Source: a virus | Taxonomy: Duplodnaviria > Caudoviricetes | IMG/VR virus record: IMGVR_UViG_3300010355_000898 | Span: 32,001-96,000 of that record | Length of the DNA: 64,000 nucleotides | Strand: one strand, 5' to 3' | Part shown: positions 1-9,754 of the stretch, one piece after another | Position numbering within the stretch: position 1 is the stretch's first letter | How the letters are laid out: each line of letters begins with the position of its first letter | The notes under the pieces: generated by a model | What the model was told of the DNA's origin: nothing | Databases searched by the model: none | The model's input: only the letters and a program-made list of their open reading frames with translations | Translations under genes and position numbers: made by a program

Positions 1-381
1 AAAAAGAATAAGGTTGCACCACCATTCAGAAAGTGTGAATTTGATATTCTTTTTGGAAAAGGAATTGTCGAGGATGAATTCCTTTTTGATGAATTGCGTT
101 CTTGGAGTGATGACAAAGGAGGAGCAATAATTGGTGACAAAAAGATTCAATTGACAGGCTCCGGCGCGTGGAAAACTCTTATGGTAACTGACATAACAAC
201 TGGCGAAGTTCTTGTTGAAAAGAAATTTTATAAGGCAGAATTTGGATCATTGATGAAGGATGAACAATATAAACCATTCATTGATCTGTTGGCAGAAAAA
301 GCCCTGATTTTTGATCTTGAGGCTTCAACTGCATCAGATGAACCACAGGATGATGGAGATGAGGATGTGTCAGATGATTGA
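1..381 (+). CDS. recA: RecA/UvsX recombinase, C-terminal part (5' end outside window)
   Basis: Frame 1 from base 1 reads KKNKVAPPFRKCEFDILFGKGI, the RecA KNKVAPPF motif; continuous with ORF 94..381; acidic tail. Confidence 0.92.
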   Translation, partial: KKNKVAPPFRKCEFDILFGKGIVEDEFLFDELRSWSDDKGGAIIGDKKIQLTGSGAWKTLMVTDITTGEVLVEKKFYKAEFGSLMKDEQYKPFIDLLAEKALIFDLEASTASDEPQDDGDEDVSDD

Positions 382-808
382 CATAAAAATCAAAAAATTG
401 AGCGACAATGCAACAATTCCAGAGTATGCAACCTCAGGAGCTGCAGGAGCAGATCTGTATGCAGCTGAGGATGTTGTCATTGTTCCAATGGGAATAAAAT
501 TGGTAAAAACAGACATTTCAGTTGAAATTCCTGAAGGATATGAAATTCAGATCCGACCAAGATCTGGTCTTGCGCTCAAATCTGGGATAACTGTTCTCAA
601 TTCTCCTGGCACAATTGACAGTGACTATAGAGGAAACGTGGGAATAATCCTGATTAATCATACAATGACCCCATTTAATGTTAGAAAAGGCGACAGAGTA
701 GCTCAAATGGTTTTGTCAAAAGTTTATCAGGCAGTGTTCAGTGAACATGAAACATTAACACAGACAGACAGGGCTGCAGCAGGATTTGGAAGCACAGGAA
801 AGAATTGA
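374..808 (+). CDS. dut: Trimeric dUTPase
   Basis: AAGADL, RPRSGLA, GTIDSDYRG, GDRVAQ, R..GFGSTG motifs; ATG at 374 preferred over 311. Confidence 0.97.
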   Translation: MIDIKIKKLSDNATIPEYATSGAAGADLYAAEDVVIVPMGIKLVKTDISVEIPEGYEIQIRPRSGLALKSGITVLNSPGTIDSDYRGNVGIILINHTMTPFNVRKGDRVAQMVLSKVYQAVFSEHETLTQTDRAAAGFGSTGKN

Positions 809-809
809 A

Positions 810-1781
810 ATGAATGCACCAATTTTGAATGAACGTCCAATATTGATAGTTGATGGAATGAATGCTTTCATCAGAGCATTTTGTGCATACCCAAGCATGA
901 ATGTGCATGGCGAGCAGATGGGTGGTGTTGTTGGATTTATGAAAATCTTGTCAAGATTGGTGCATGAAATTCAACCAATTGGTGTTTACATAGCTTGGGA
1001 AGCAGGTGGTTCAAAGAAGCGCAGAAAATTGTTCAAAGAGTACAAGATGAACAGAAAGCCTGCTGACATTTTGAACAGATATTATGAAGATGACATACCT
1101 GAGAGTGATGACAACAGGATGAAACAGAATATTCTGCTCATAAAACTTCTCAGGTATGCTCCTGCTTGTCAAATTTATGTGAAAGATTGTGAAGGAGATG
1201 ATGTGATTGCATACCTTTGCAGATATACATTTCCTAACAGACAAAAGGTCATTGTGTCATCAGACAAAGATCTGTATCAATTGTTGGATGACAGAACAAA
1301 ACTTTACAATTTACACAAGAAAACGTACAATACGAAGGAGAGCGTACTGAGTGAATTCAGAGTGCTGTCAACAAATTTTGGGATAACAAAATGTCTTGTT
1401 GGTGATAAGAGTGATAACATCCCAGGTGTTGAAGGTTTGGGTTTCAAAACTGTCCCAAAACTGTTCCCATTTTTGGGAACTGATAATGTGTTGTTGAGTG
1501 ATGTGTTTGACTATTGTCATACGCATATTGATGAAGGAAGGTTTTTCAAAAAGATACTTGAAGAACGAAAACTGATTGAAAGGAATTGGGATATCATAAA
1601 CCTGTCTGGCGGTATGCTCTCATCTGTGCAGATGAGCAAAGTTGACACAACAGTGAGTACATTCAAACCAAAGGTTGATAAAGTCAACTTTACAAAAATG
1701 TTGATTGATGAAGGTCTGAGTGATTTTGATGTTCAATTTTTCTTCAGTCCTTTCAACAGTGTTGAAGGCATAAAGTTTTGA
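810..1781 (+). CDS. 5'-3' exonuclease / flap endonuclease (PolI N-terminal / T4 RNase H family)
   Basis: LIVDGMN, EYKMNR, EGDDVI, SSDKDLYQL, GDKSDNIPGV motifs. Confidence 0.93.
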   Translation: MNAPILNERPILIVDGMNAFIRAFCAYPSMNVHGEQMGGVVGFMKILSRLVHEIQPIGVYIAWEAGGSKKRRKLFKEYKMNRKPADILNRYYEDDIPESDDNRMKQNILLIKLLRYAPACQIYVKDCEGDDVIAYLCRYTFPNRQKVIVSSDKDLYQLLDDRTKLYNLHKKTYNTKESVLSEFRVLSTNFGITKCLVGDKSDNIPGVEGLGFKTVPKLFPFLGTDNVLLSDVFDYCHTHIDEGRFFKKILEERKLIERNWDIINLSGGMLSSVQMSKVDTTVSTFKPKVDKVNFTKMLIDEGLSDFDVQFFFSPFNSVEGIKF

Positions 1782-1783
1782 TT

Positions 1784-3196
1784 ATGAACAATGTAACTAC
1801 ACTTGGTGAATTTGGTAAATCTTTTCAGGAGAAATTGATACAAGCATTATTGAATGATAGGCAATTTGCTGAACAGATGTTGGAAGCATTCAATAGTCAA
1901 TATTTTGATCTGAAATATCTTCAATTTTTGGCAGAAAAGTATTTTGCTTATGCAAAAAAGTATAAAGTGTTCCCAACATTGCAATTGCTGATAACAATCA
2001 TTAGGGACGAATTGAAAACCGGAAATGATATTGTGTTGAGAGATCAGATCATTGAATATCTGCAACGTATCAGAACAAATCCGGACATTGGCGATCTGAA
2101 TTATGTTAAAGAAAAATCTCTTGATTTTTGCAGAAAGCAGGCTCTGAAAGCTGCATTATCAAATGCAGTTGATCAGATGCAAACAGAGAAGTATGAACAG
2201 ATAGTTGATGGTATCAAGAAGGCTGTGATGGTTGGCACAACACCATCTCTTGGACATGATTTTTTTGAAGATTATGAAGCAAGATTCATAAGACTTGCAA
2301 GGAATGCAATCCCAACTGGTTTTCCTCAACTTGATAAGAAAGAAATATTTCAGGGTGGTGCAGGAGCAGGTGAATTGTGTGTTGTCATCGGGAACACAGG
2401 GTCAGGAAAATCGCATTTTTTGATCAATAAGGGTGCAGTTGCTTTGAGGCTTGGAAAGAATGTTTTGCACTACACATTTGAGCTCTCAGAAACTGCAATT
2501 GGTATCAGATATGATTCAAATCTTTGTGATATGGATAGCAACACTGTCATTGATGAAAAGGACAGTGTTCTTGAAAAGTACAAAGATATGAAGCTTGGAA
2601 AGCTGATCATAAAAGAGTTTCCAACTGGCACAGCAACAATCTATACATTGAGAGCTCACATTGAGAGGTTGGCAACAAAAGGTTTTAGACCAGATATGAT
2701 CATTATTGATTATGCTGACATTATGAGATCAACAAGACAATATGACAGTCTCAGACATGAATTGAAATTGATTTATGAAGAATTGAGAGGATTGGCAACA
2801 GAATTGAAAATTCCTGTCTGGACAGCATCCCAATCAAACAAGGAGGGTGCAGACAGTGATGTTATTGATCTCACAAACATGAGTGAAGCTTATGGTAAAG
2901 CAATGACTGCTGACATCATTGTTTCAATTTCAAGAAGATCACATGAAAAAGCAACCGGATGGGGTCGACTCTTTGTTGCAAAGAACAGAGCTGGAAGAGA
3001 TGGTTTACTCTTTCCAATAAAGATAGACACCGCAAGGAGCAAATTTGAAATTGTTGGAGAGAATGAATCTTTTGGTCCAGACAATGAGAATAGTTCAACA
3101 AAAAAAGCAATAAGAGAAAAATGGCAGGAACTTCAGAAGGAAAAGAACCTCAATCTGCAATCACCAATAAAACGTAATGAAGAACAAGAATTGTGA
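1784..3196 (+). CDS. dnaB: DnaB-like replicative helicase
   Basis: Walker A GNTGSGKS, YTFELSE, IIIDYADIM, WTASQSN, KNRAG. Confidence 0.93.
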   Translation: MNNVTTLGEFGKSFQEKLIQALLNDRQFAEQMLEAFNSQYFDLKYLQFLAEKYFAYAKKYKVFPTLQLLITIIRDELKTGNDIVLRDQIIEYLQRIRTNPDIGDLNYVKEKSLDFCRKQALKAALSNAVDQMQTEKYEQIVDGIKKAVMVGTTPSLGHDFFEDYEARFIRLARNAIPTGFPQLDKKEIFQGGAGAGELCVVIGNTGSGKSHFLINKGAVALRLGKNVLHYTFELSETAIGIRYDSNLCDMDSNTVIDEKDSVLEKYKDMKLGKLIIKEFPTGTATIYTLRAHIERLATKGFRPDMIIIDYADIMRSTRQYDSLRHELKLIYEELRGLATELKIPVWTASQSNKEGADSDVIDLTNMSEAYGKAMTADIIVSISRRSHEKATGWGRLFVAKNRAGRDGLLFPIKIDTARSKFEIVGENESFGPDNENSSTKKAIREKWQELQKEKNLNLQSPIKRNEEQEL

Positions 3197-3245
3197 TGAT
3201 ATCAAACTGTTATAGTTAATGAGAGTTCAGACGTAGGTAGAAAAT

Positions 3246-6200
3246 ATGACATACAATAGGGATGATGCACTCAAAATTTCTAAGGATTATTTTGATGGTG
3301 ATGATTTGGCTGCAGGAGTTTTTGTTTCAAAATATGCATTGAAAGATGCTGAAGGCACAATTTATGAAGCATCACCAGCAGAGATGCACAAAAGACTTGC
3401 AACAGAATTTGCAAGGATTGAGAACAAATATCCAAATCCTATGCAATATGATGAAATATATCAACTCTTATCAAATTGGGATGTTGTTCCACAGGGATCA
3501 CCTATGTCTGCAATTGGAAATCCATATCAATTGCAATCATTATCAAACTGTTTTGTGATTGAATCACCTCATGACAGTTATGGTGGAATTCTGAAAACAG
3601 ACGAGGAACAGGCACAAATCATGAAACGTCGTGGGGGCGTTGGATTTGACATTTCAACAATAAGACCAAAAGGTTTGGTGACAACAAATGCTGCAAAAAC
3701 AACCGATGGCATTGGTGTTTTTATGGAACGTTTCAGCAATACCTGTCGAGAAGTTGCGCAAGGAGGACGCAGGGGTGCCCTCATGCTGAGTCTTTCAATT
3801 AATCACCCAGAAATAAGAACATTTTTGAACATAAAAAAGGATCTCAAAAAAGTAACCGGTGCAAACATATCAATTAGATTATCAGATGAATTTATGCTTG
3901 CTGTCAAAAATGATCTCAAATTTAAGTTGAGATTTCCTGTTGACAAATCTGAACCAGCATTGGTTGAAGATTGGGTTGAAGCAAAACAATTGTGGAATGA
4001 GATCATTGAAGCAGCTCATCAGAGTGCAGAACCAGGTTTGCTATTTTGGGACACAATGATTAGACGTTCACCTGCTGACAGTTATGCGTCATATGGGTTT
4101 AAAACAACATCAACAAACCCATGTTTAACTGCAGATACAATGGTTGCAGTTGCAGATGGCAGAGAATTTGTTGAAATTGGTCAATTGGCAAAAGAAGGTT
4201 TAGATGTATTGGTTTACGCATTGGATGAAAATGGAAAAATTGTTGTAAAAACAATGAGAAATCCAAGATTAACTGGAAAAAATGAACCAATATATGAATT
4301 AACATTAGAAAATGGTCATAAAATTCGTGCAACAAAAAACCACAAATTTATGACAATCAAAGGCGAATATAAAGAAATTTGTGATTTATCAGTTGGTGAT
4401 GCACTCTACATTGAAGTACAACAACATAATACTGAATTGTTTATTCAACATTATGAATTCAAAAATATTGATGGAATATTGTATGTAAAGAAAATTTGTG
4501 AACATTGTGGTAATGAATTTTGGGTACCATATTCAAATAGAGAAATTTCATTTTGTCAAGATTGTGCACAAAAAATAGATAATAAGTGTGAAAAAATTAT
4601 TTTGCAATCAAATTTTGCTATAAAAATTGTTGATATCAGGTTTGTTGGGCATGAAGACGTATACAATGGAACTGTTGATGATGTACACAATTTCTATGTT
4701 GGTGGTTGGAATGAAAATGGTCAAAAATTGATGATAAACAACAAACAATGTGGTGAATTACCAAATTGTCCTGAAGATTCATGCAGGTTATTATTGGTGA
4801 ATTTGCACAATTTTGTTGAAAACCGTTTCACAGAAAATGCAAAATTCAATCATGATCGTTACAGAAATGTTGTCATGAAAGCACAACGTTTAATGGATGA
4901 TCTTGTTGATCTTGAATTGGAAGCAGTTGATAAAATCATCAACAAAATTGAGAACGATAAAGAACCAGAAGATGTTAAAGCAAGAGAATTCAATCTTTGG
5001 AAGCGAATAAAAACAAAGGCTCAAAATGGTCGTCGAACCGGTTTGGGTATAACAGCATTGGGTGATGCAATTGCCGAGTTGGGAATGAAATATGGTTCTG
5101 ACCAATCAATTAATTTCACAAGTGAAGTGTACAGAAATCATTGTGTCAGTGCTTACAAATCTTCTTGTATTATGGCACAAGAACGTGGTGCATTTCCTGT
5201 CTATGATGAAAATCTTGAAAAAGATAATGAATTCCTGAATCAGGTAAAAGATGAAGAGGATATCAGAAAATTGATGTCAATTGCGGGCAGAAGGAACATT
5301 GCACTTTTAACAACAGCTCCTGCAGGTTCTGTTTCAATTATGACACAAACAACATCTGGTTGTGAACCGGTTTTCAAAATTCAATATAAGCGCAGAAAAA
5401 AGATCAATGTTGGCGATGAAAATACTCCTGTTGATTATGTTGATCCAATGGGTGATAAATGGCAAGAATTCACAGTCAGTCATCATGGTTTCAATGAATG
5501 GAAAAGGATAACTGGACTGTCAGATGATGACATTGAAAAGTCACCATATTGGGGTGCAACAGCCAATGACATTGATTGGTTGAAAAAGATTGAACTTCAA
5601 GCTGCAGCCCAGAAGTGGGTTGATCATGCAATAAGCAACACAGTGAATCTTCCTGAAAACGTTTCTGTTGACACGGTTAAACAGATCTATATGAAAGGTT
5701 GGGAAACTGGCTGTAAAGGTGTAACAATCTACAGAGAAGGTTCAAGGAGTGGTGTATTGGTTTCAGATGACACCAAGACAGTGAATTCAAGCAATCCAGA
5801 AGACATTGAGTTAAAGTTTCAAGAACTCATAAATAAGAACCCTGAATACAGACCAAAGAATATTCTGATGTCTCCTGCACCAAAGAGAGAGAAGGAATTG
5901 CCATGCGATATTCACAGAGTGAATGTTAAGGGTGAGAGCTATCTTGTTGTGATTGGATTGTTGAATGGACAGCCATATGAAATATTTGCAGGTCTTTCTG
6001 CACATGTTGAAGTGCCAAAAAAGGTGAAGTCTGGTATTCTCATTAAGAATGGAAAGAATAGTGATGGGCTTGCAACGTACAATTTGAAGATTCCATTTGG
6101 AGATGATGATCACATCATGTTCAAAGATATTGTCAATCTTTTTGATAACCCAATGCATGGTGCATTCACAAGAACTCTCAGTCTTTCACTCAGACATGGA

Positions 6201-6413
6201 GTAAAAATTCAACATATTGTTGAACAACTGAGAAAAGATAAACATAGTGACATATTTTCCTTCTCAAGTTGCATCGCAAGAGTTCTTTCAAAGAATTACA
6301 TCAAAGATGGAACATCATCCAGAGAAACATGCCCAAGTTGTGGTGGAAAAAATTTGAATTATCAACAAGGTTGTGTGACCTGCATGGATTGTGGTCATTC
6401 AAAATGTGGATGA
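3246..6413 (+). CDS. nrdJ: Class II (adenosylcobalamin-type) ribonucleotide reductase with intein
   Basis: SNCFV, RRGALM, EPG, TNP/CGE split by an intein, TTAPAGS, KGVTIYR, C-terminal Cys cluster; no beta subunit nearby. Confidence 0.9.
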   Translation: MTYNRDDALKISKDYFDGDDLAAGVFVSKYALKDAEGTIYEASPAEMHKRLATEFARIENKYPNPMQYDEIYQLLSNWDVVPQGSPMSAIGNPYQLQSLSNCFVIESPHDSYGGILKTDEEQAQIMKRRGGVGFDISTIRPKGLVTTNAAKTTDGIGVFMERFSNTCREVAQGGRRGALMLSLSINHPEIRTFLNIKKDLKKVTGANISIRLSDEFMLAVKNDLKFKLRFPVDKSEPALVEDWVEAKQLWNEIIEAAHQSAEPGLLFWDTMIRRSPADSYASYGFKTTSTNPCLTADTMVAVADGREFVEIGQLAKEGLDVLVYALDENGKIVVKTMRNPRLTGKNEPIYELTLENGHKIRATKNHKFMTIKGEYKEICDLSVGDALYIEVQQHNTELFIQHYEFKNIDGILYVKKICEHCGNEFWVPYSNREISFCQDCAQKIDNKCEKIILQSNFAIKIVDIRFVGHEDVYNGTVDDVHNFYVGGWNENGQKLMINNKQCGELPNCPEDSCRLLLVNLHNFVENRFTENAKFNHDRYRNVVMKAQRLMDDLVDLELEAVDKIINKIENDKEPEDVKAREFNLWKRIKTKAQNGRRTGLGITALGDAIAELGMKYGSDQSINFTSEVYRNHCVSAYKSSCIMAQERGAFPVYDENLEKDNEFLNQVKDEEDIRKLMSIAGRRNIALLTTAPAGSVSIMTQTTSGCEPVFKIQYKRRKKINVGDENTPVDYVDPMGDKWQEFTVSHHGFNEWKRITGLSDDDIEKSPYWGATANDIDWLKKIELQAAAQKWVDHAISNTVNLPENVSVDTVKQIYMKGWETGCKGVTIYREGSRSGVLVSDDTKTVNSSNPEDIELKFQELINKNPEYRPKNILMSPAPKREKELPCDIHRVNVKGESYLVVIGLLNGQPYEIFAGLSAHVEVPKKVKSGILIKNGKNSDGLATYNLKIPFGDDDHIMFKDIVNLFDNPMHGAFTRTLSLSLRHGVKIQHIVEQLRKDKHSDIFSFSSCIARVLSKNYIKDGTSSRETCPSCGGKNLNYQQGCVTCMDCGHSKCG
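4122..4748 (+). mobile_element. Cis mini-intein (209 aa) in RNR at the catalytic NP|CGE site
   Basis: Starts CLTADT, block B ATKNH, block F VYNGTVDDVHNF, ends NNKQ before the extein Cys; removal restores TSTNPCGELP. Confidence 0.93.
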
Positions 6414-6440
6414 ATTGATGAGACAACTCAGAACAGTTTA

Positions 6441-7313
6441 ATGAACACAAGGGATAAGATTATGACATTCTCAGCAAAAATATTGTGTGACAGTGTAACA
6501 GAAAATGATGACAGATTGACAACGCTTGAAGTTACATTTCCAAGAATAGTGTTGTCAGAATTCAATACTCACAGGATGTTTTCAAGAAATTCTGCATCAA
6601 GCAGAGCAATTCCTGTTGAAAAAATGTTGAAATTGGTTAAAGAGAACACATACATTCCAAGTCATTGGGGTAAAAATCAGAAAGGAATGTCTGCCGAATT
6701 CACTGTTGAACAGAATGAACAGATGAAATCACGGGACGTTTGGCTCAAAGCCAGAGATAATGCAATCAGCAGCGCTGAAAATTTGTTGAAATTGGGCATT
6801 CATAAGCAGATAACAAACAGACTTCTTGAACCATTTATGTGGCATACAGTCATTGTCAGTGCAACAGATTGGTCAAATTTTTTTGCATTGAGATGTCATC
6901 CTGGAGCTCATCCTGACATCAGACAAATTGCTGAGATGATGAAATTTGTTATCAATGGTTCAGAACCAAAGCCAATGTATGAACATGATTGGCATATGCC
7001 ATTGATTGATCATGATGATATCAATATGACAATGAAAATGATTGATGAAGATGTCTATCAGTATGATAATGAACTGTTGAAGAAGATTTCAGTTGGTAGG
7101 TGTGCAAGGGTTTCATACCTTACACATGATGGAAAAAGAGATCACAATGCTGATATAAATTTGCATGATAAATTGTTGAGTGATGGACATATGTCACCAT
7201 TTGAACACATTGCAAGACCAATGTATAATGACGAATACAAGAAATCAAAGTATAGTGGAAATTTTAGGGGTTGGGTTCAGTACAGAAAAACATTGATAGG
7301 TGAGTGTAAATAG
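6441..7313 (+). CDS. thyX: Flavin-dependent thymidylate synthase
   Basis: EFNTHRMFSRNSASSRAIP, NRLLEP, NFFALR, ARVSY, GHMSPFEH. Confidence 0.92.
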   Translation: MNTRDKIMTFSAKILCDSVTENDDRLTTLEVTFPRIVLSEFNTHRMFSRNSASSRAIPVEKMLKLVKENTYIPSHWGKNQKGMSAEFTVEQNEQMKSRDVWLKARDNAISSAENLLKLGIHKQITNRLLEPFMWHTVIVSATDWSNFFALRCHPGAHPDIRQIAEMMKFVINGSEPKPMYEHDWHMPLIDHDDINMTMKMIDEDVYQYDNELLKKISVGRCARVSYLTHDGKRDHNADINLHDKLLSDGHMSPFEHIARPMYNDEYKKSKYSGNFRGWVQYRKTLIGECK

Positions 7314-7314
7314 T

Positions 7315-7923
7315 ATGAGTTTAGCAAAAGTTGTAATCATCGAAGGTCCAGATCGTTCTGGAAAACAGACACAAACAGAAAATTTGACATCACGATTGAG
7401 AGCACAAGGTCGTAAAGTCAAATTGATTGAAGTTCCAATCAAATCATCAATTTTTACTTACAAATTGATATATTGGATGTTGAACAATGGTATGGCAAAA
7501 AAGTTTCCAAACTTTTTTCAAACTGTTCAATTCATTAATCGTTTAATGTTTCAGATCACAAGGTTACCATTCATTCTGTTGTTTTATGATTATGTCATTT
7601 TTGATCGATGGTCATTGAGTTCAATTGTGTATGGTTCAGCAACTGGCGCAAATGTATGGATGTGCAAAATTTTTGCAAAATTGTTGATTGGTTATGACAG
7701 AATGATCATTCTGAATGGCAAAACATACAATGTTGGTAGAGAGACAGATGATTATGAAAATGATGATCTATTACAGATCGCTGTGAAACAGTTGTATTCA
7801 AAATGGGCATCAGAACACAACCTGTCAGGACAATATGCTGATCTGAATGTGTTGGAAATTGATAACAGATTACAAATAGATGAAATAACAGATATGATTA
7901 TGAGGCACATTAAGTATGGATAA
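7315..7923 (+). CDS. tmk: Thymidylate kinase
   Basis: IIEGPDRSGKQT P-loop; IFDRWSLSSIVYG. Confidence 0.85.
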   Translation: MSLAKVVIIEGPDRSGKQTQTENLTSRLRAQGRKVKLIEVPIKSSIFTYKLIYWMLNNGMAKKFPNFFQTVQFINRLMFQITRLPFILLFYDYVIFDRWSLSSIVYGSATGANVWMCKIFAKLLIGYDRMIILNGKTYNVGRETDDYENDDLLQIAVKQLYSKWASEHNLSGQYADLNVLEIDNRLQIDEITDMIMRHIKYG

Positions 7924-8545
7924 GTTTGGTGTCATAATTGCAGATCCGCCATGGTCATTTGATGATAAACTTCAGAGAATGAAAATTGCAACAAAGAGAT
8001 CTGCAAGATCACAATACAGAACAATGTCACTCAGTGAGATTGAACAATTGCCAGTGAAAGAACTCATTGATCCCAAAGGTTGTGTATTGGCACTTTGGGT
8101 ACCAAGTTCTCAAATTGAGGCAGGACTTCAGGTGATGAAATCTTGGGGCTTCAAAATGAAGCAAACATTCATTTGGATTAAATTGAAAAAGGGTTTCAAG
8201 ACAGAGAATGATATAAATTCAATAACGAGGGTTGGAATGGGAAGATTGTTTAGACAATCACATGAGATTGCTCTCATTGGAACAGCAGGAAAGTCTGCAA
8301 CAAAAAAGTTGAAAAATAGATCACAAAGATCTGTCTGCTTTGATCTGAATGTTGCACACAGTGTGAAACCAAACATACTTCATGATCGTTTAGATTTGAT
8401 GTTTCCAGATGATAATAAATTGGAACTTTTTGCAAGAAGAACAAGAAAAAATTGGATTACAATAGGCGATGGAATTGATGGGCTCAATATTGAACAGTCA
8501 ATTCAGAATTTGATTGATAATGATGGAGAAGAAAAAGATGTCTGA
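7916..8545 (+). CDS. MT-A70 family N6-adenine methyltransferase
   Basis: IADPPW, LALWV, WGF, HSVKP, LELFARR. Confidence 0.9.
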   Translation: MDKFGVIIADPPWSFDDKLQRMKIATKRSARSQYRTMSLSEIEQLPVKELIDPKGCVLALWVPSSQIEAGLQVMKSWGFKMKQTFIWIKLKKGFKTENDINSITRVGMGRLFRQSHEIALIGTAGKSATKKLKNRSQRSVCFDLNVAHSVKPNILHDRLDLMFPDDNKLELFARRTRKNWITIGDGIDGLNIEQSIQNLIDNDGEEKDV

Positions 8546-8768
8546 AGAATATACATGTGCAGATGAAGTTTGGTTTAGGATTGTTCAAATTGTTCAGGAG
8601 GCACTCCTGACTGGAACTGATTGTGCTGATCTGTTGAGACAGATCAGATTGTCAAAAGGTGATAATGATCAAATGATATTGTCAGCAACATATAAAGAAC
8701 AGGTTAAGAGAATGCATGAGAAGCTCTTGGAAAATGCAGAAGCAATCAAAAATGGAAACCAACAGTGA
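8538..8768 (+). CDS. Hypothetical protein
   Basis: Tiles between coupled neighbours. Confidence 0.6.
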   Translation: MSEEYTCADEVWFRIVQIVQEALLTGTDCADLLRQIRLSKGDNDQMILSATYKEQVKRMHEKLLENAEAIKNGNQQ

Positions 8769-9129
8769 TAAATTGAAAATGATGTGGTGTCAACAGGAAG
8801 CTTTTATGAGGCTTCTTCAGGAAAAACGTTCATTCACAGAATTTCCTGTTGACATAACTGCAAAAAGTGGACAAAAAATTGTCAAAGACATTACTCATGA
8901 ATGTATGCATGAACTTTTTGAAGCAAATCAGCACTTGAAGAATTCAAAAGATCACAGAGCAACTGATGTGAAAAATTTTGATCGTGATGCATACATTGAA
9001 GAATTGAGTGATGCGTTGCACTATTTCATAGAGATTGCAATTCTTACAGGAGTTTCAATGGATGAACTGTATGAAAAATATATGCAAAAGGGTTCAATCA
9101 ATGTTGAACGCATTAATAATGGATATTGA
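8752..9129 (+). CDS. All-alpha (MazG / dimeric dUTPase, T4 gp56 dCTPase-like) nucleotide pyrophosphatase
   Basis: ECMHELFEA and IEELSDALHY acidic motifs; K..IN.ER..NGY C-terminus. Confidence 0.8.
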   Translation: METNSDKLKMMWCQQEAFMRLLQEKRSFTEFPVDITAKSGQKIVKDITHECMHELFEANQHLKNSKDHRATDVKNFDRDAYIEELSDALHYFIEIAILTGVSMDELYEKYMQKGSINVERINNGY

Positions 9130-9224
9130 GCGTGAATAATTGTGCAAAAAAAGTGCAATTATGGCCTGTACAGATTTAGAACAGTGATTATCTTATCGAC
9201 ATCCCAAAAGGAAAGGAAATAGAA

Positions 9225-9662
9225 ATGCTATCCAAATACAATATTGATTCAATTATTGACAATGTTTTCAATTATGGTTTTGACAACCCACCAACAACGT
9301 GGCCTACAATAATTCCAAAGGTTTTACCATATCAACGACAAAATGATGAAGCTTTCAAAATTTTCCTTGAAAGATTGAACAGTATGAAAAAAGTGAATTC
9401 TGCGCAATATCAGATTACAGAAGATGCAATCATAATTGCGTTACCTGGTGTGAAGAAACAGGATATTGACATAACAGTCACTGGTGGTGAACTCTCAGTC
9501 AAGGCAAAGAAATCTGATGCAATTGTTTTTGATCATACATTCAAGATCAATGAAGGATCTTTTGATCCAAAATCTGCAAAAACAAAGTATGAAGATGGTG
9601 AATTGACAATTACATTCATGCCTCATGAATATATGAAGCCCACAAAGATTGACATTGAATAG
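9225..9662 (+). CDS. Small heat-shock protein (Hsp20)
   Basis: ALPGVKKQDIDI and AKTKYEDGELTI alpha-crystallin motifs. Confidence 0.88.
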   Translation: MLSKYNIDSIIDNVFNYGFDNPPTTWPTIIPKVLPYQRQNDEAFKIFLERLNSMKKVNSAQYQITEDAIIIALPGVKKQDIDITVTGGELSVKAKKSDAIVFDHTFKINEGSFDPKSAKTKYEDGELTITFMPHEYMKPTKIDIE

Positions 9663-9687
9663 TCAATTTGATTGAATGTTGATTATG

Positions 9688-9718
9688 AAATCACCCTCAA
9701 ATGAGGGTGATTTTTTTT
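9688..9718 (+). terminator. Rho-independent terminator
   Basis: Perfect inverted repeat AAATCACCCTCA / TGAGGGTGATTT followed by a T run, just after hsp20. Confidence 0.85.
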
Positions 9719-9747
9719 GTGAAAAGTTCCAAATTTGATATTATTGT
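9719..9747 (+). promoter_or_regulatory. Putative sigma70-like promoter, near-leaderless transcript
   Basis: GTGAAA-17nt-TATTGT, ATG 7 nt downstream; architecture recurs in the window. Confidence 0.55.
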
Positions 9748-9754
9748 CTGATGT

